NCBI GenBank assembly: GCA_015491735.1
Contig: WFVH01000092.1
Coordinates: forward strand, 1,838-65,837
DNA: 64,000 nt
From: Gammaproteobacteria bacterium
Lineage (GTDB): Bacteria; Pseudomonadota; Gammaproteobacteria; Thiohalospirales; Thiohalospiraceae
Direction: 5' to 3'
The position numbers and the translations under genes are program-made. This document shows positions 41,309 to 49,803 of this stretch, one piece after another. The stretch's first letter is position 1. Every line of letters starts with the position of its first letter. The notes beneath the pieces were generated by a model. That model was not told the origin of the DNA. It ran no database searches and saw nothing but the letters and a program-made list of their open reading frames with translations.

Positions 41309-41746
41309 ATGGATATCTATCAGATACTGGAGCATCTCCCTCACCGTTATCCCTTTTTGCTGGTAGATAAAGTGCTGGATATAGAGCCGGGGAAACGGCT
41401 CCAGGCGATCAAGAATGTCTCCTACAATGAGCCCTATTTTAACGGGCACTTTCCCCACCGGGCTGTCATGCCGGGCGTTCTTATTCTGGAGGCGCTGGCG
41501 CAGGCCACCGGAATTCTGGCTTTTGTGACCACCAAAAGCAGGCCCACGGAGGAGTCTTTATACTATTTCGTCGGTACTGACAACATCCGTTTCAAGCAAC
41601 CGGTCATACCGGGTGACCAGTTGCTGCTTGAGGTCGAGTTGATAAAAAAAATGCGTGGAGTATGGAAGTTCAAGGGGGTGGCATCGGTTGACGGAAAAAC
41701 AGTCGCCAGCGGTGAAATACTTTGCGCGGAGCGAAATATCGCATGA
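41309..41746 (+). CDS. fabZ: 3-hydroxyacyl-ACP dehydratase FabZ
   Basis: [20 protein letters not shown]…HFP…PGVL motifs. The ATG at 41309 is preferred over the track TTG at 41300. Confidence 0.93.
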   Translation: MDIYQILEHLPHRYPFLLVDKVLDIEPGKRLQAIKNVSYNEPYFNGHFPHRAVMPGVLILEALAQATGILAFVTTKSRPTEESLYYFVGTDNIRFKQPVIPGDQLLLEVELIKKMRGVWKFKGVASVDGKTVASGEILCAERNIA

Positions 41747-42516
41747 ATATCGATCCCCGGGCTGTCATCGAGCCGTCGGCCAGGCTGGCGCCGGGAGTCA
41801 GCATCGGAGCATACACCATTATCGGCGCAGAAGTGGAGATTGGCGCTGGAACCAGCGTGGGTTCCCATGTCGTGATCAAGGGTCCCACCGTTATCGGGGA
41901 AGAGAACCGGCTCTACTCTTTTTCTTCTATTGGTGACGATCCCCAGGATAAAAAATATGAAGGGGAGCGAACGCGGCTGGAGATTGGGGATCGTAATGTC
42001 ATTCGCGAGTATTGCACAATTAACCGGGGTACGGGGCAGGGCGGAGGAGTGACGCGCATCGGCGATGACAACTGGATAATGGCCTATGTACATATCGCCC
42101 ATGACTGCCTTATCGCCAATCATACGGTTTTCTCCAACAACGCCTCCCTGGCCGGCCATGTAAAGGTTGATGATTTTGCCGTACTGGGCGGATTTACCCT
42201 GGTGCACCAATTCTGCTCTGTCGGCGCCCATAGCTTTAGCGGTATGGGGAGCACGCTGAGCAAGGATCTGCCGCCTTATGTCATGGCCGGTGGTAACCCG
42301 GCTGCTCCACGCGGGGTGAATAGCGAAGGGTTGAAACGCCGTGGTTTCAGTTCCGAAGATATTCAGGCGCTGCGGCGGGCCTATAAAATTCTTTACCGCT
42401 CTGGATATACCCTGGAACAGGCCATCGATAAACTTGCTGTTTTGCAGCAACAGCACAAGGTGGTTACTGTACTGGCCGAGTTTTTGAAAAACTCGCAACG
42501 AAGCATCCTGCGCTGA
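41743..42516 (+). CDS. lpxA: acyl-ACP--UDP-N-acetylglucosamine O-acyltransferase
   Basis: The ATG at 41743 overlaps the fabZ stop (ATGA). Hexapeptide repeats and an LpxA C-terminal helical domain. Confidence 0.93.
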   Translation: MNIDPRAVIEPSARLAPGVSIGAYTIIGAEVEIGAGTSVGSHVVIKGPTVIGEENRLYSFSSIGDDPQDKKYEGERTRLEIGDRNVIREYCTINRGTGQGGGVTRIGDDNWIMAYVHIAHDCLIANHTVFSNNASLAGHVKVDDFAVLGGFTLVHQFCSVGAHSFSGMGSTLSKDLPPYVMAGGNPAAPRGVNSEGLKRRGFSSEDIQALRRAYKILYRSGYTLEQAIDKLAVLQQQHKVVTVLAEFLKNSQRSILR

Positions 42517-42548
42517 TTAAACCCGGCAACCAGATATACGGATCCTGT

Positions 42549-42701
42549 GTAACGATTCAGCATAGTATGAAACAAGCCGGTAACTGTTCAGATTGCCCCT
42601 GAAATCCGCCATTTCTGCGTTGAAAAATGGTCATTTACACCCGTAAATGACCATTTTTCAACGCAGAAATGGCGGATTTCAGGGGCAATCTGAATAGTTA
42701 C
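42549..42701. mobile_element. MITE copy 6 (153 bp, palindromised variant)
   Basis: TSD GATCCTGT at 42541-42548 and 42702-42709. A 31-nt tail is followed by two 59-nt arms that are reverse complements with 1 mismatch around a 4-nt loop. Confidence 0.92.
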
Positions 42702-42735
42702 GATCCTGTTTTCCCGGACAGACCCTGTTGAAACG

Positions 42736-43659
42736 TCACAGGGCATACTCCGCTACCATTCGGTGATAGTGTTTCAGGCGAAGCCTGCTGATTGATCCCT
42801 CCTCCGCGGCGGTGATAACGGCGCAGCCGGGTTCATTTCTGTGACTGCAGTTTCGGAAACGGCAATGCTCGGCAAACTCTCTGAATTCGGCAAAACCATG
42901 AGAAATCCTTGCAACGGGCATCTTCTCCAGCCCGAATGCCCTGACCCCGGGTGAATCGATGATGCCTCCCCCCTTTGGCAGGCGGTAGAGGTGGGTTGTT
43001 GTGGTGGTGTGAACACCTTTACCGCTTGTCAGGGAGAGATTGGCCACCCTGGCCTTGATATCCGGTATCAGCACATTGATCAACGACGATTTTCCAACAC
43101 CGGATTCTCCGCTGAAAATGCTGATCTTCCCCTCCATCAGGCGGATGAGATCGCTCAAGCCATACGTTATCTTTGCGCTGGCAAAAACAACCGGGTAACC
43201 GATGTCCGAGTAACAGGAGAAGCGCTGTTTTAACTCCAGCAGCTTCTTTTCGGGCAGCAGATCGATTTTATTGATCAATATCAGTGGTGTAATATCAGTA
43301 TTTTCCGCTGCGACGAGATAGTGGTCGACCAACTCTTCGTTGATGCCGGGGGAGGGGGCTACAACAATGATGATATGGTCGATGTTAGCCGCAACAGGTT
43401 TCGTTTTTCCGCGCTGGCCGGAGCGGGAGAGAAAAGTTCGGCGAGGTAGCCGTTTCTCCACCACTCCGGTTCCATGACGGCTGCGCCGCCAAAGCACGTG
43501 GTCGCCGCACACCACGGTTCCCAGACTGCGCCTGGTGGTGCATCGGCAGATGTCTCCGTTGTTATCCTCGATATCGAGCAGGGGGCCGTAGTGCGCAATG
43601 ACAGTTCCTCTTTGCTGGCGGTACGGCACCACCGGAGATGAAGTGTTACTATCTTTCAT
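42736..43659 (-). CDS. rsgA: ribosome small subunit-dependent GTPase A
   Basis: Circularly permuted GTPase motifs (NKIDL, GESGVGKSSLIN) and a C-terminal zinc-finger cysteine/histidine cluster. Confidence 0.92.
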   Translation of the reverse strand: MKDSNTSSPVVPYRQQRGTVIAHYGPLLDIEDNNGDICRCTTRRSLGTVVCGDHVLWRRSRHGTGVVEKRLPRRTFLSRSGQRGKTKPVAANIDHIIIVVAPSPGINEELVDHYLVAAENTDITPLILINKIDLLPEKKLLELKQRFSCYSDIGYPVVFASAKITYGLSDLIRLMEGKISIFSGESGVGKSSLINVLIPDIKARVANLSLTSGKGVHTTTTTHLYRLPKGGGIIDSPGVRAFGLEKMPVARISHGFAEFREFAEHCRFRNCSHRNEPGCAVITAAEEGSISRLRLKHYHRMVAEYAL

Positions 43660-43725
43660 GAAGCAGCAGGGTAGTCTTTGTTAAACCACGAGGCAAGCGG
43701 GATCGTGGCATTTTCAGGAGGATAT

Positions 43726-44301
43726 ATGGAATCAAGCCGTAACAATCTTATCTGGATCGATCTGGAGATGACCGGGCTGGATACTGCGCAGGATGCCATC
43801 ATTGAAATGGCTACCGTGATAACCGACAGTCAGTTGAACGTGCTTGCCGAAGGACCGGTGCTGGCGATTCACCAGGACGAAAAGCTGCTTGCGGGGATGG
43901 ACGAGTGGAACACCTCCCAGCATACGAAATCCGGCTTGATCGACCGGGTACGCAAAAGCACCGTGACCGAAGCAGAGGCTGAAGCGCAAACACTGGCGTT
44001 CCTCGAGCAGTATGTTCCAGCCGGGGCATCCCCCATGTGCGGCAACAGCATCTGCCAGGATCGGCGCTTCCTGGCGCGTTGCATGCCCAGGCTGGAGGCC
44101 TGGTTTCACTACCGCAATCTCGATGTCAGCACGCTCAAGGAGCTGGCCCGGCGTTGGGCGCCACAACTGTACAGGTCTTTCTCCAAAAACTCATCTCACC
44201 TCGCTCTGGCTGATATTCACGACTCCATACGTGAACTGGGTTACTACCGGGAACATTTCTTGCATATTCAGCAGCAGGATGTCCGGAGAGAAACGACCTG
44301 A
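43726..44301 (+). CDS. orn: oligoribonuclease
   Basis: The ATG at 43726 is preceded by [18 protein letters not shown] DEDDh exonuclease motif. rsgA/orn divergent pairing is conserved. Confidence 0.93.
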   Translation: MESSRNNLIWIDLEMTGLDTAQDAIIEMATVITDSQLNVLAEGPVLAIHQDEKLLAGMDEWNTSQHTKSGLIDRVRKSTVTEAEAEAQTLAFLEQYVPAGASPMCGNSICQDRRFLARCMPRLEAWFHYRNLDVSTLKELARRWAPQLYRSFSKNSSHLALADIHDSIRELGYYREHFLHIQQQDVRRETT

Positions 44302-44458
44302 AAAGATAGATTGCTACAAGTGCCAGCATTTCTACATTACCTGGCAAGCATCGTTTCCTTATGGCTGCAGGGCGATAGGTTTCAAGTCCCGCCGCAGTCC
44401 GGCCCAGGAAGTTCTTCAGACATCCCGTGTGCAATGCCTGTTCTTTTTGCACAAGTAG
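44279..44458 (+). CDS. candidate small Cys-rich protein (59 aa)
   Basis: In-frame ATG inside track ORF 44012..44458, overlapping the orn 3' end by 23 nt. Sequence is [39 protein letters not shown]… with a CxxC…GC pattern. My recollection of similar short proteins near orn is unverified. Confidence 0.4.
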   Translation: MSGEKRPEKIDCYKCQHFYITWQASFPYGCRAIGFKSRRSPAQEVLQTSRVQCLFFLHK

Positions 44459-44566
44459 CGCCGGAATCCCGCCACTGAATACAGCCAGTGTCCTTTTTCC
44501 GGCACCTGTAATGAAGAATACCCGGTGGGAAAAAGTACCCGCGGGGACAGCCAAGGAGTTAGTACA

Positions 44567-45298
44567 TTGGAAACAGCTGCCGCTTACAGCAATACACAAA
44601 CGCAAGTCGCCAACATTTCAATTTCAAACGAACTGGTAAAGGCACATACGCCACTGGTGAAGCGGATAGCACACCATTTGCTGGGAAGACTGCCAACCAG
44701 CGTGATGGCGGATGACATGATTCAAGCCGGCATGTTGGGCCTGCTCGACGCCGCGCAAAGATACAATACGCGGCAAGGGGCCAGTTTCGAGACATATGCA
44801 ACGCTTCGGATCCGTGGCGCCATGATTGATGAATTACGGCGCAATGACTGGGCGCCCAAATCGGTACACCGCAAGGCCCGTTCGCTTTCAGCCGCCGTAC
44901 AGATTGTCGAAAACCGCACTGGCCGTGATGCGCGGGACGAAGAGATTATGAAGGAGATGGGCATTTCTTCGGCCGAATACCACAAAATATTGCAGGATAG
45001 CTGTAACAGCAAGATCTTCAACTTTGATGATCTCGGAACTGAAAACGATCCCCTTGGCATGATTGCCGGTGATGATATCAATCCACTCGATGAGCTGGAG
45101 AACGAGCGTTTTCGCCGCCGGTTGGCGGACGCTGTTGCATCGCTGCCGGAGCGTGAGCGGATGGTGTTGTCAATGTACTATGACAAAGAGCTCAATTTAC
45201 GCGAGATTGGCAAAATATTGAGAGTGAGTGAATCGCGTGTCAGTCAGATCCTGAGCCGTGCTTACTCCCGACTGCGCATCAAGTTGAACGACGCCTGA
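44567..45298 (+). CDS. fliA: RNA polymerase sigma factor FliA (sigma-28)
   Basis: Sigma-70 family regions 2-4 (PLVKRIAHHLLGRLP…, LNLREIGKILRVSESRVSQI). The TTG at 44567 is preceded by AAGGAG (44553-58) at 8-nt spacing. The track ORF begins at GTG 44525. Confidence 0.88.
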   Translation: METAAAYSNTQTQVANISISNELVKAHTPLVKRIAHHLLGRLPTSVMADDMIQAGMLGLLDAAQRYNTRQGASFETYATLRIRGAMIDELRRNDWAPKSVHRKARSLSAAVQIVENRTGRDARDEEIMKEMGISSAEYHKILQDSCNSKIFNFDDLGTENDPLGMIAGDDINPLDELENERFRRRLADAVASLPERERMVLSMYYDKELNLREIGKILRVSESRVSQILSRAYSRLRIKLNDA

Positions 45299-45360
45299 TG
45301 GTATTTAACATAATATACATTATGCGAACCGGGTGGCGGGGAATGGATAGGGGTCATGGA

Positions 45361-45387
45361 TCAAGTTTTTATGGCAATGTCCGTTAA
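45361..45387 (+). promoter_or_regulatory. sigma28-type promoter candidate upstream of HDOD gene
   Basis: TCAAGTTT-N11-TCCGTTAA compared with consensus TAAAGTTT-N11-GCCGATAA. About 50 nt upstream of the ATG at 45440. Confidence 0.5.
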
Positions 45388-45439
45388 TGAGCCTGAAACC
45401 GGTTATCTCACCAAATAACAAAGAAAAGGAAAATCCAAA

Positions 45440-46300
45440 ATGGCGTTCTTATGCCCCGAAGATCTGATTTGGCAGAATGTTGAATTGACATCAATGCCGG
45501 AAATTATCGTTCGGCTCAATCAGGTCGTCGATGATCCATACAGCACCGCCAAGGATATTGCCGATGTTATCAGTGAAGATCCAGCCTTGACGGCGCGTCT
45601 GCTGCGAATTGTCAACAGTCCCTTTTACGGATTTCCCTCGCAGATAGATACCATTACACTGGCAACGACCATTGTCGGAACACAGCAGTTACGGCTGCTG
45701 GCTCTGGCCAGCTCCACCATTCGCCAGTTTGCCAATCTGCCGAACCAGATTGTGACCATGGAAACGTTCTGGCGGCACAGCTTTTCCGTCGCTGTCGTGG
45801 CCCGCACTATTGCAAAACTATCAAAAGATCCGGAAGATGAGCAGTATTTCATCGCCGGACTGCTGCATGATCTGGGCAGTTTGATTATCTACAACACCAT
45901 ACCGACGCTGGCGAAAGAGGCGATCACCCACGCCAAACATAAAGATATTCCGGTGTATCAGGCTGAAAGAGCAATCATCGGTTTCGATCACGCAATGGTT
46001 GGCTCAGCCCTGTTGAAGCACTGGAATCTGCCTGAAGGACTGGTTGAATCCGTTGGTTGCCACCATGAGCTGGGAGACCTCGATGTCCACCCGAAATACA
46101 AGGCGGTTACTCACCTGGCAAATATCATTGCCAACTCCATCAACCCCGGATTACTGTTATACCGGCAAACCCTGGAACCGGAACCGCAGGCCTGGGGTTT
46201 GATTGGGCTGGAGTCGGATAACATCGACGAGGCGCTGGATGATATCGAACGGGAGATCAACGAGGCCATTTCGGCTTTTGGGCTGAACAGTGGCTCCTGA
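45440..46300 (+). CDS. HDOD domain-containing signalling protein
   Basis: 286 aa with an HDOD signature (LPSMPEIIVRLNQVVDDPYSTAKDIADVISEDPALTARLLRIVNSPFYG). Confidence 0.85.
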   Translation: MAFLCPEDLIWQNVELTSMPEIIVRLNQVVDDPYSTAKDIADVISEDPALTARLLRIVNSPFYGFPSQIDTITLATTIVGTQQLRLLALASSTIRQFANLPNQIVTMETFWRHSFSVAVVARTIAKLSKDPEDEQYFIAGLLHDLGSLIIYNTIPTLAKEAITHAKHKDIPVYQAERAIIGFDHAMVGSALLKHWNLPEGLVESVGCHHELGDLDVHPKYKAVTHLANIIANSINPGLLLYRQTLEPEPQAWGLIGLESDNIDEALDDIEREINEAISAFGLNSGS

Positions 46301-46328
46301 CCAGAGAGTTACCGGCAGCCGCAAGCTG

Positions 46329-47234
46329 TTATTTGACTCCGATCAGCCGGATCCCCAGCAGTATTCTCAGGGGGTAGGTTTTCGTCAACAATCTTGCCAT
46401 CTTGCGTGGCAAATGCTCCAGTATCCTTTCACAGAGGATGGCAGGAAACATGGGAAACCGCATGTACACCCCCTTCCCTCCGATATACATCCGCAGCTTT
46501 GAAAATCCGGCTTCTTTGAACAGAGCGCTTAGCTCGGTAATCGTATACTCTTTCAAGTGAAAACCGGTGGCTTCGCTGTCGAAATATCCCGAGATGTCAT
46601 GAGGGCCGGTCAGACGGTTGGGTGTAATGCACAGATAGACACCTGCCGGGGCCAGGGATTTATAAATATTTTGCAATTGCTCATGGGCATCGTCCGGATG
46701 CAGGTGCTCCATCAAGTGGCTGGAAAAAACGATATCGACACTGCCATCCGGTACCGGAATACTGCATCCATCAGAGAGAAACAGTTTGAAATTTGATGGA
46801 ACCGCCGAGGCTTTCGTGATGGTTTCGCTAACATCGACTGCATATGCCTTGTCGACAAAATTGGCGACATGGAAAGCCAGCGTACAGTCCCCAGGACCGA
46901 TTTCCAGATAAGTTTTGCTTTTGTCCAGACCAAGTTTCTGAAGGATGTTCATCTTGTCTTTCACGTTCTTCCGTTGCCGCTCCTGCGATCGTTTTTGCCT
47001 CAACTGCGGATGATCCGGCACAAGGCGGAACAGCTCTTCATACAAAAACGAATACAAATGACGCCTTTCTTCCCTGGAGGCGCTGCGCAACTGTTTTGCG
47101 AGTCTGCGCTCTACTTCATAGTGGTGCCGAATCTGCTCCGCCGTTCTCCGGTTTTTTTTCCCTAACATCTTTTTTCTCCATTTAGTTGCCACCTTGCGCC
47201 CGGCCACGGCCCCTTCGTGAGGGTTATTTGACAC
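46329..47234 (-). CDS. class I SAM-dependent methyltransferase
   Basis: Motif I YLEIGPGDCTLAF and a Methyltransf_11-like core. Basic N-terminal extension. The start is uncertain (GTG 47234 or ATG 47168). Confidence 0.75.
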   Translation of the reverse strand: MSNNPHEGAVAGRKVATKWRKKMLGKKNRRTAEQIRHHYEVERRLAKQLRSASREERRHLYSFLYEELFRLVPDHPQLRQKRSQERQRKNVKDKMNILQKLGLDKSKTYLEIGPGDCTLAFHVANFVDKAYAVDVSETITKASAVPSNFKLFLSDGCSIPVPDGSVDIVFSSHLMEHLHPDDAHEQLQNIYKSLAPAGVYLCITPNRLTGPHDISGYFDSEATGFHLKEYTITELSALFKEAGFSKLRMYIGGKGVYMRFPMFPAILCERILEHLPRKMARLLTKTYPLRILLGIRLIGVK

Positions 47235-47241
47235 AGGTCAA
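47228..47241. promoter_or_regulatory. FNR/DNR-type binding site
   Basis: Perfect palindrome TTGAC-ACAG-GTCAA (CRP/FNR family consensus TTGAT-N4-ATCAA/GTCAA). Centred ~144 nt upstream of the nosZ ATG. Confidence 0.6.
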
Positions 47242-47378
47242 GGCATTTGACCCACTCTCCTACCATACTGTATCCAAAGCCATGCAAGACATTGCAACAC
47301 CAATAATAACCAAGTGACACAACATTCAAAGTCTATTTTTCAAACTAATAATTCCACCAGGTTCAGGAGGATTCCAAA

Positions 47379-49382
47379 ATGAGCAACGATATCAGCAGGC
47401 GGCCGTCTCTCTCTCCCTGCGAAAAAGGCTATGGCGGCATAATCGAGGAGTTGAATGAAGATGTCAGCCGCCGGAAGTTTCTCGGTATTGCCGCGTTTAC
47501 CGGTCTGGCCGGCGCCGGACTCTCCATTGGTCTGGCATCCTGTGGTAAAGGCGCTGAAAACACCTCCTCCGAAGCCGGAGCGCCGGCGGCAACGGGCACT
47601 GTGGGTGAAAAGGATACGGGAGGGTTGTCGTACCACGTCGATCCGGGGCAACTGGATACCTATTACTCCATGTACAGTGGCGGTCATTCCGGTGACATTC
47701 GCATTCTCGGTGAACCCTCCGGGCGGGAGTTGATTCGTATTCCGGTTTTTAACGTCGATTGCATGAGTGGCTGGGGCATCACCAATGAATCGAAGGCTAT
47801 CCTCGGAACCAACCCGGATGGCAGCCTCAAATATACCACGGGCGACACACATCATGTGCATGGCTCCTACCAGGATGGGACCTATGATGGCAAGTATTTC
47901 TGGGTAAACGACAAGATTCACTCCCGTCTCGCCCGGATTCGAGGCGATGTCATGGTCTGTGACAAGATCACCGAGCTGCCCAACGTTCAGGGGTTTCATG
48001 GTATTTTCCCGGACAAGCGGGATCCCGTCGACGAGAGCATCAACCATACGACGCGCGTGTTCTGTGGCAGCGAGTTTCGCATCCCCCACCCCAACGATGG
48101 CACCAACATGGACGATACAGACGCTTACTACAGTCTGTTTACCTGTGTGGACGCCGAGACAATGGAGGTGCGCTGGCAGGTCAAGGTGGATGGAAACATG
48201 GACCTCTGCGCCACCTCTTACGATGGCAAGCTGGCCGCAACCAATCAATACAATACCGAGAAAGGGGTCACCTTCCCGGGAATGATGTCTGCGGAACGTG
48301 ATAGTTGCGTATTCTTCAACATCGCGCGGATTGAGGCGGCAATCGAGGCTGGCAACGTCATTAGCAGTCCGGATGGCTCCAGCGCGCCTATTGTCGATGG
48401 AACGAAAGAGGCAAACAGCGATCCCAAAACTGCCGTAACCTGCTATGTGCCGATTCCAAAAAGCCCCCACGGCGTCAATGCAAGCCCGGACGGGAAATAT
48501 TTCGTCTGTTCCGGCAAACTGTCGCCCACTGCATCGGTGATCGATCTTGAACTGGTGCTTCAGTGGTTCGATGGCGAGCTGGCAGATCCCCGTGATGCAG
48601 TGATTGCAGAACCGGAGATCGGCCTGGGTCCACTGCACACATCCTTCGATGGCCGCGGGAACGCTTACACCACCCTGTTTCTCGATAGCCAGATCGTCAA
48701 GTGGAATGTAGATGCTGCCATCAAGGCTTACCAGGGCGACAAAAATGCCAAGGTCATCATTGACAAGATAGATGTTCATTATCAGCCCGGTCATCTCAAC
48801 GCCTCCATGAACGAAACCAAAGAGGCAGATGGCCAATGGCTCGTCATCGGCAACAAGTTCTCCAAGGATCGATATCTGCCAGTCGGCCCGATGCACCCGG
48901 AGAACGAGCAATTAATCGATATATCCGGAGAAAAAATGCGTCTGGTTCATGAAACACCGGTGTATCCTGAACCACACGACTTCATTGTCATAAAAAGAGA
49001 TGTAATAAAAACCCGGCAGGTATTTGATATCGATGATTTTCCCAACGCGATAAAGGATCAGAAAGAGTCCCGGATCGAGCGCAATGGCAGCAAGGTCACT
49101 ATCTATCTGACCTCGGTGGCACCCGCATTCAGCATGAGCGAGTTCAAGGTCAAGCAGGGTGATGAGGTAACCATTATCCTGACCAACCACGACAAGGTTG
49201 AAGATTTGGGGCATGGTTTCGCTATTCCCAAATACAACATCAATTTCGTGGTCAGCCCGCATGAGACCAAATCAGTAACGTTTGTTGCAGACAAACCGGG
49301 CGTATACTGGTGCTACTGCACGCACTTCTGTCATGCACTTCACCTTGAAATGCGCAGCCGCTTGCTGGTTGAGCCGGTCTGA
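47379..49382 (+). CDS. nosZ: nitrous-oxide reductase
   Basis: 667 aa. AGGAGG lies 8 nt upstream of the ATG. Twin-arginine motif SRRKFLG. Seven-bladed propeller region resembles typical NosZ (YYSMYSGGHSGDIRILGEPSGRELIRIPVFN). C-terminal CuA motif CYCTHFCHALHLEM. Confidence 0.93.
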   Translation: MSNDISRRPSLSPCEKGYGGIIEELNEDVSRRKFLGIAAFTGLAGAGLSIGLASCGKGAENTSSEAGAPAATGTVGEKDTGGLSYHVDPGQLDTYYSMYSGGHSGDIRILGEPSGRELIRIPVFNVDCMSGWGITNESKAILGTNPDGSLKYTTGDTHHVHGSYQDGTYDGKYFWVNDKIHSRLARIRGDVMVCDKITELPNVQGFHGIFPDKRDPVDESINHTTRVFCGSEFRIPHPNDGTNMDDTDAYYSLFTCVDAETMEVRWQVKVDGNMDLCATSYDGKLAATNQYNTEKGVTFPGMMSAERDSCVFFNIARIEAAIEAGNVISSPDGSSAPIVDGTKEANSDPKTAVTCYVPIPKSPHGVNASPDGKYFVCSGKLSPTASVIDLELVLQWFDGELADPRDAVIAEPEIGLGPLHTSFDGRGNAYTTLFLDSQIVKWNVDAAIKAYQGDKNAKVIIDKIDVHYQPGHLNASMNETKEADGQWLVIGNKFSKDRYLPVGPMHPENEQLIDISGEKMRLVHETPVYPEPHDFIVIKRDVIKTRQVFDIDDFPNAIKDQKESRIERNGSKVTIYLTSVAPAFSMSEFKVKQGDEVTIILTNHDKVEDLGHGFAIPKYNINFVVSPHETKSVTFVADKPGVYWCYCTHFCHALHLEMRSRLLVEPV

Positions 49383-49392
49383 GCTGGCTAGT

Positions 49393-49426
49393 GGGGGGGA
49401 GACTCTATTGAATGAGCCTCCCCCTC
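49393..49426 (+). terminator. hairpin downstream of nosZ (possible terminator, no U-tract)
   Basis: GGGGGAGACTC / GAGCCTCCCCC arms with 1 mismatch and an 8-nt loop. Confidence 0.3.
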
Positions 49427-49512
49427 TCCCCGCCTTATTCAGCCGCTGTGCACACTCACTCCCGAGCGAGCATCAGAACAACAACGACAGACCCGCCCCC
49501 CCCAAAGAGGCG

Positions 49513-49644
49513 CTACAAGCTGTCCAGAAAGTCACCAACCAGATTCAGCAAAGGTGTCGAGTAGTCTGACAAAAGATACAAGCTAACCATCAAACCGGCA
49601 AAACTGATGATTGCCAATATCGGAACGAATTTTTCAATTTTCAT
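49513..49644 (-). CDS. candidate 43-aa hydrophobic peptide
   Basis: ATG at 49644. MKIEKFVPILAIISFAGLMVSLYLLSDYSTPLLNLVGDFLDSL has one predicted TM helix. Weak Shine-Dalgarno. Below the track cutoff. Confidence 0.2.
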   Translation of the reverse strand: MKIEKFVPILAIISFAGLMVSLYLLSDYSTPLLNLVGDFLDSL

Positions 49645-49682
49645 ATAAAACTGGCTCTATATAGTAGCGACATAGTAGCGAC

Positions 49683-49803
49683 GTAACTATTCAGCTTGCC
49701 CTTGAAATCCGTCAGTTCAAGGCGAAAAATGGGAGTTTACGTGTGTAAATGAGCATTTTTCAACGCAGAAATGGCGTATTTCAGGGGTGAGCTGAATAGT
49801 TAC
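49683..49803 (-). mobile_element. MITE copy 7 (121-bp tail-less core, inverted orientation)
   Basis: Both 26-nt outer repeats and the centre are present, but the 31-nt tail is absent. The flanking 8-mers do not match (GTAGCGAC vs GAGCGATA). Confidence 0.85.

Noticed and set aside
47340-48911. 523-aa ORF on the minus strand.
   Set aside because: It is entirely antisense to nosZ, whose identity is unambiguous. It has no Shine-Dalgarno and a low-complexity, unfamiliar sequence. It is a typical shadow ORF of GC-rich coding DNA.
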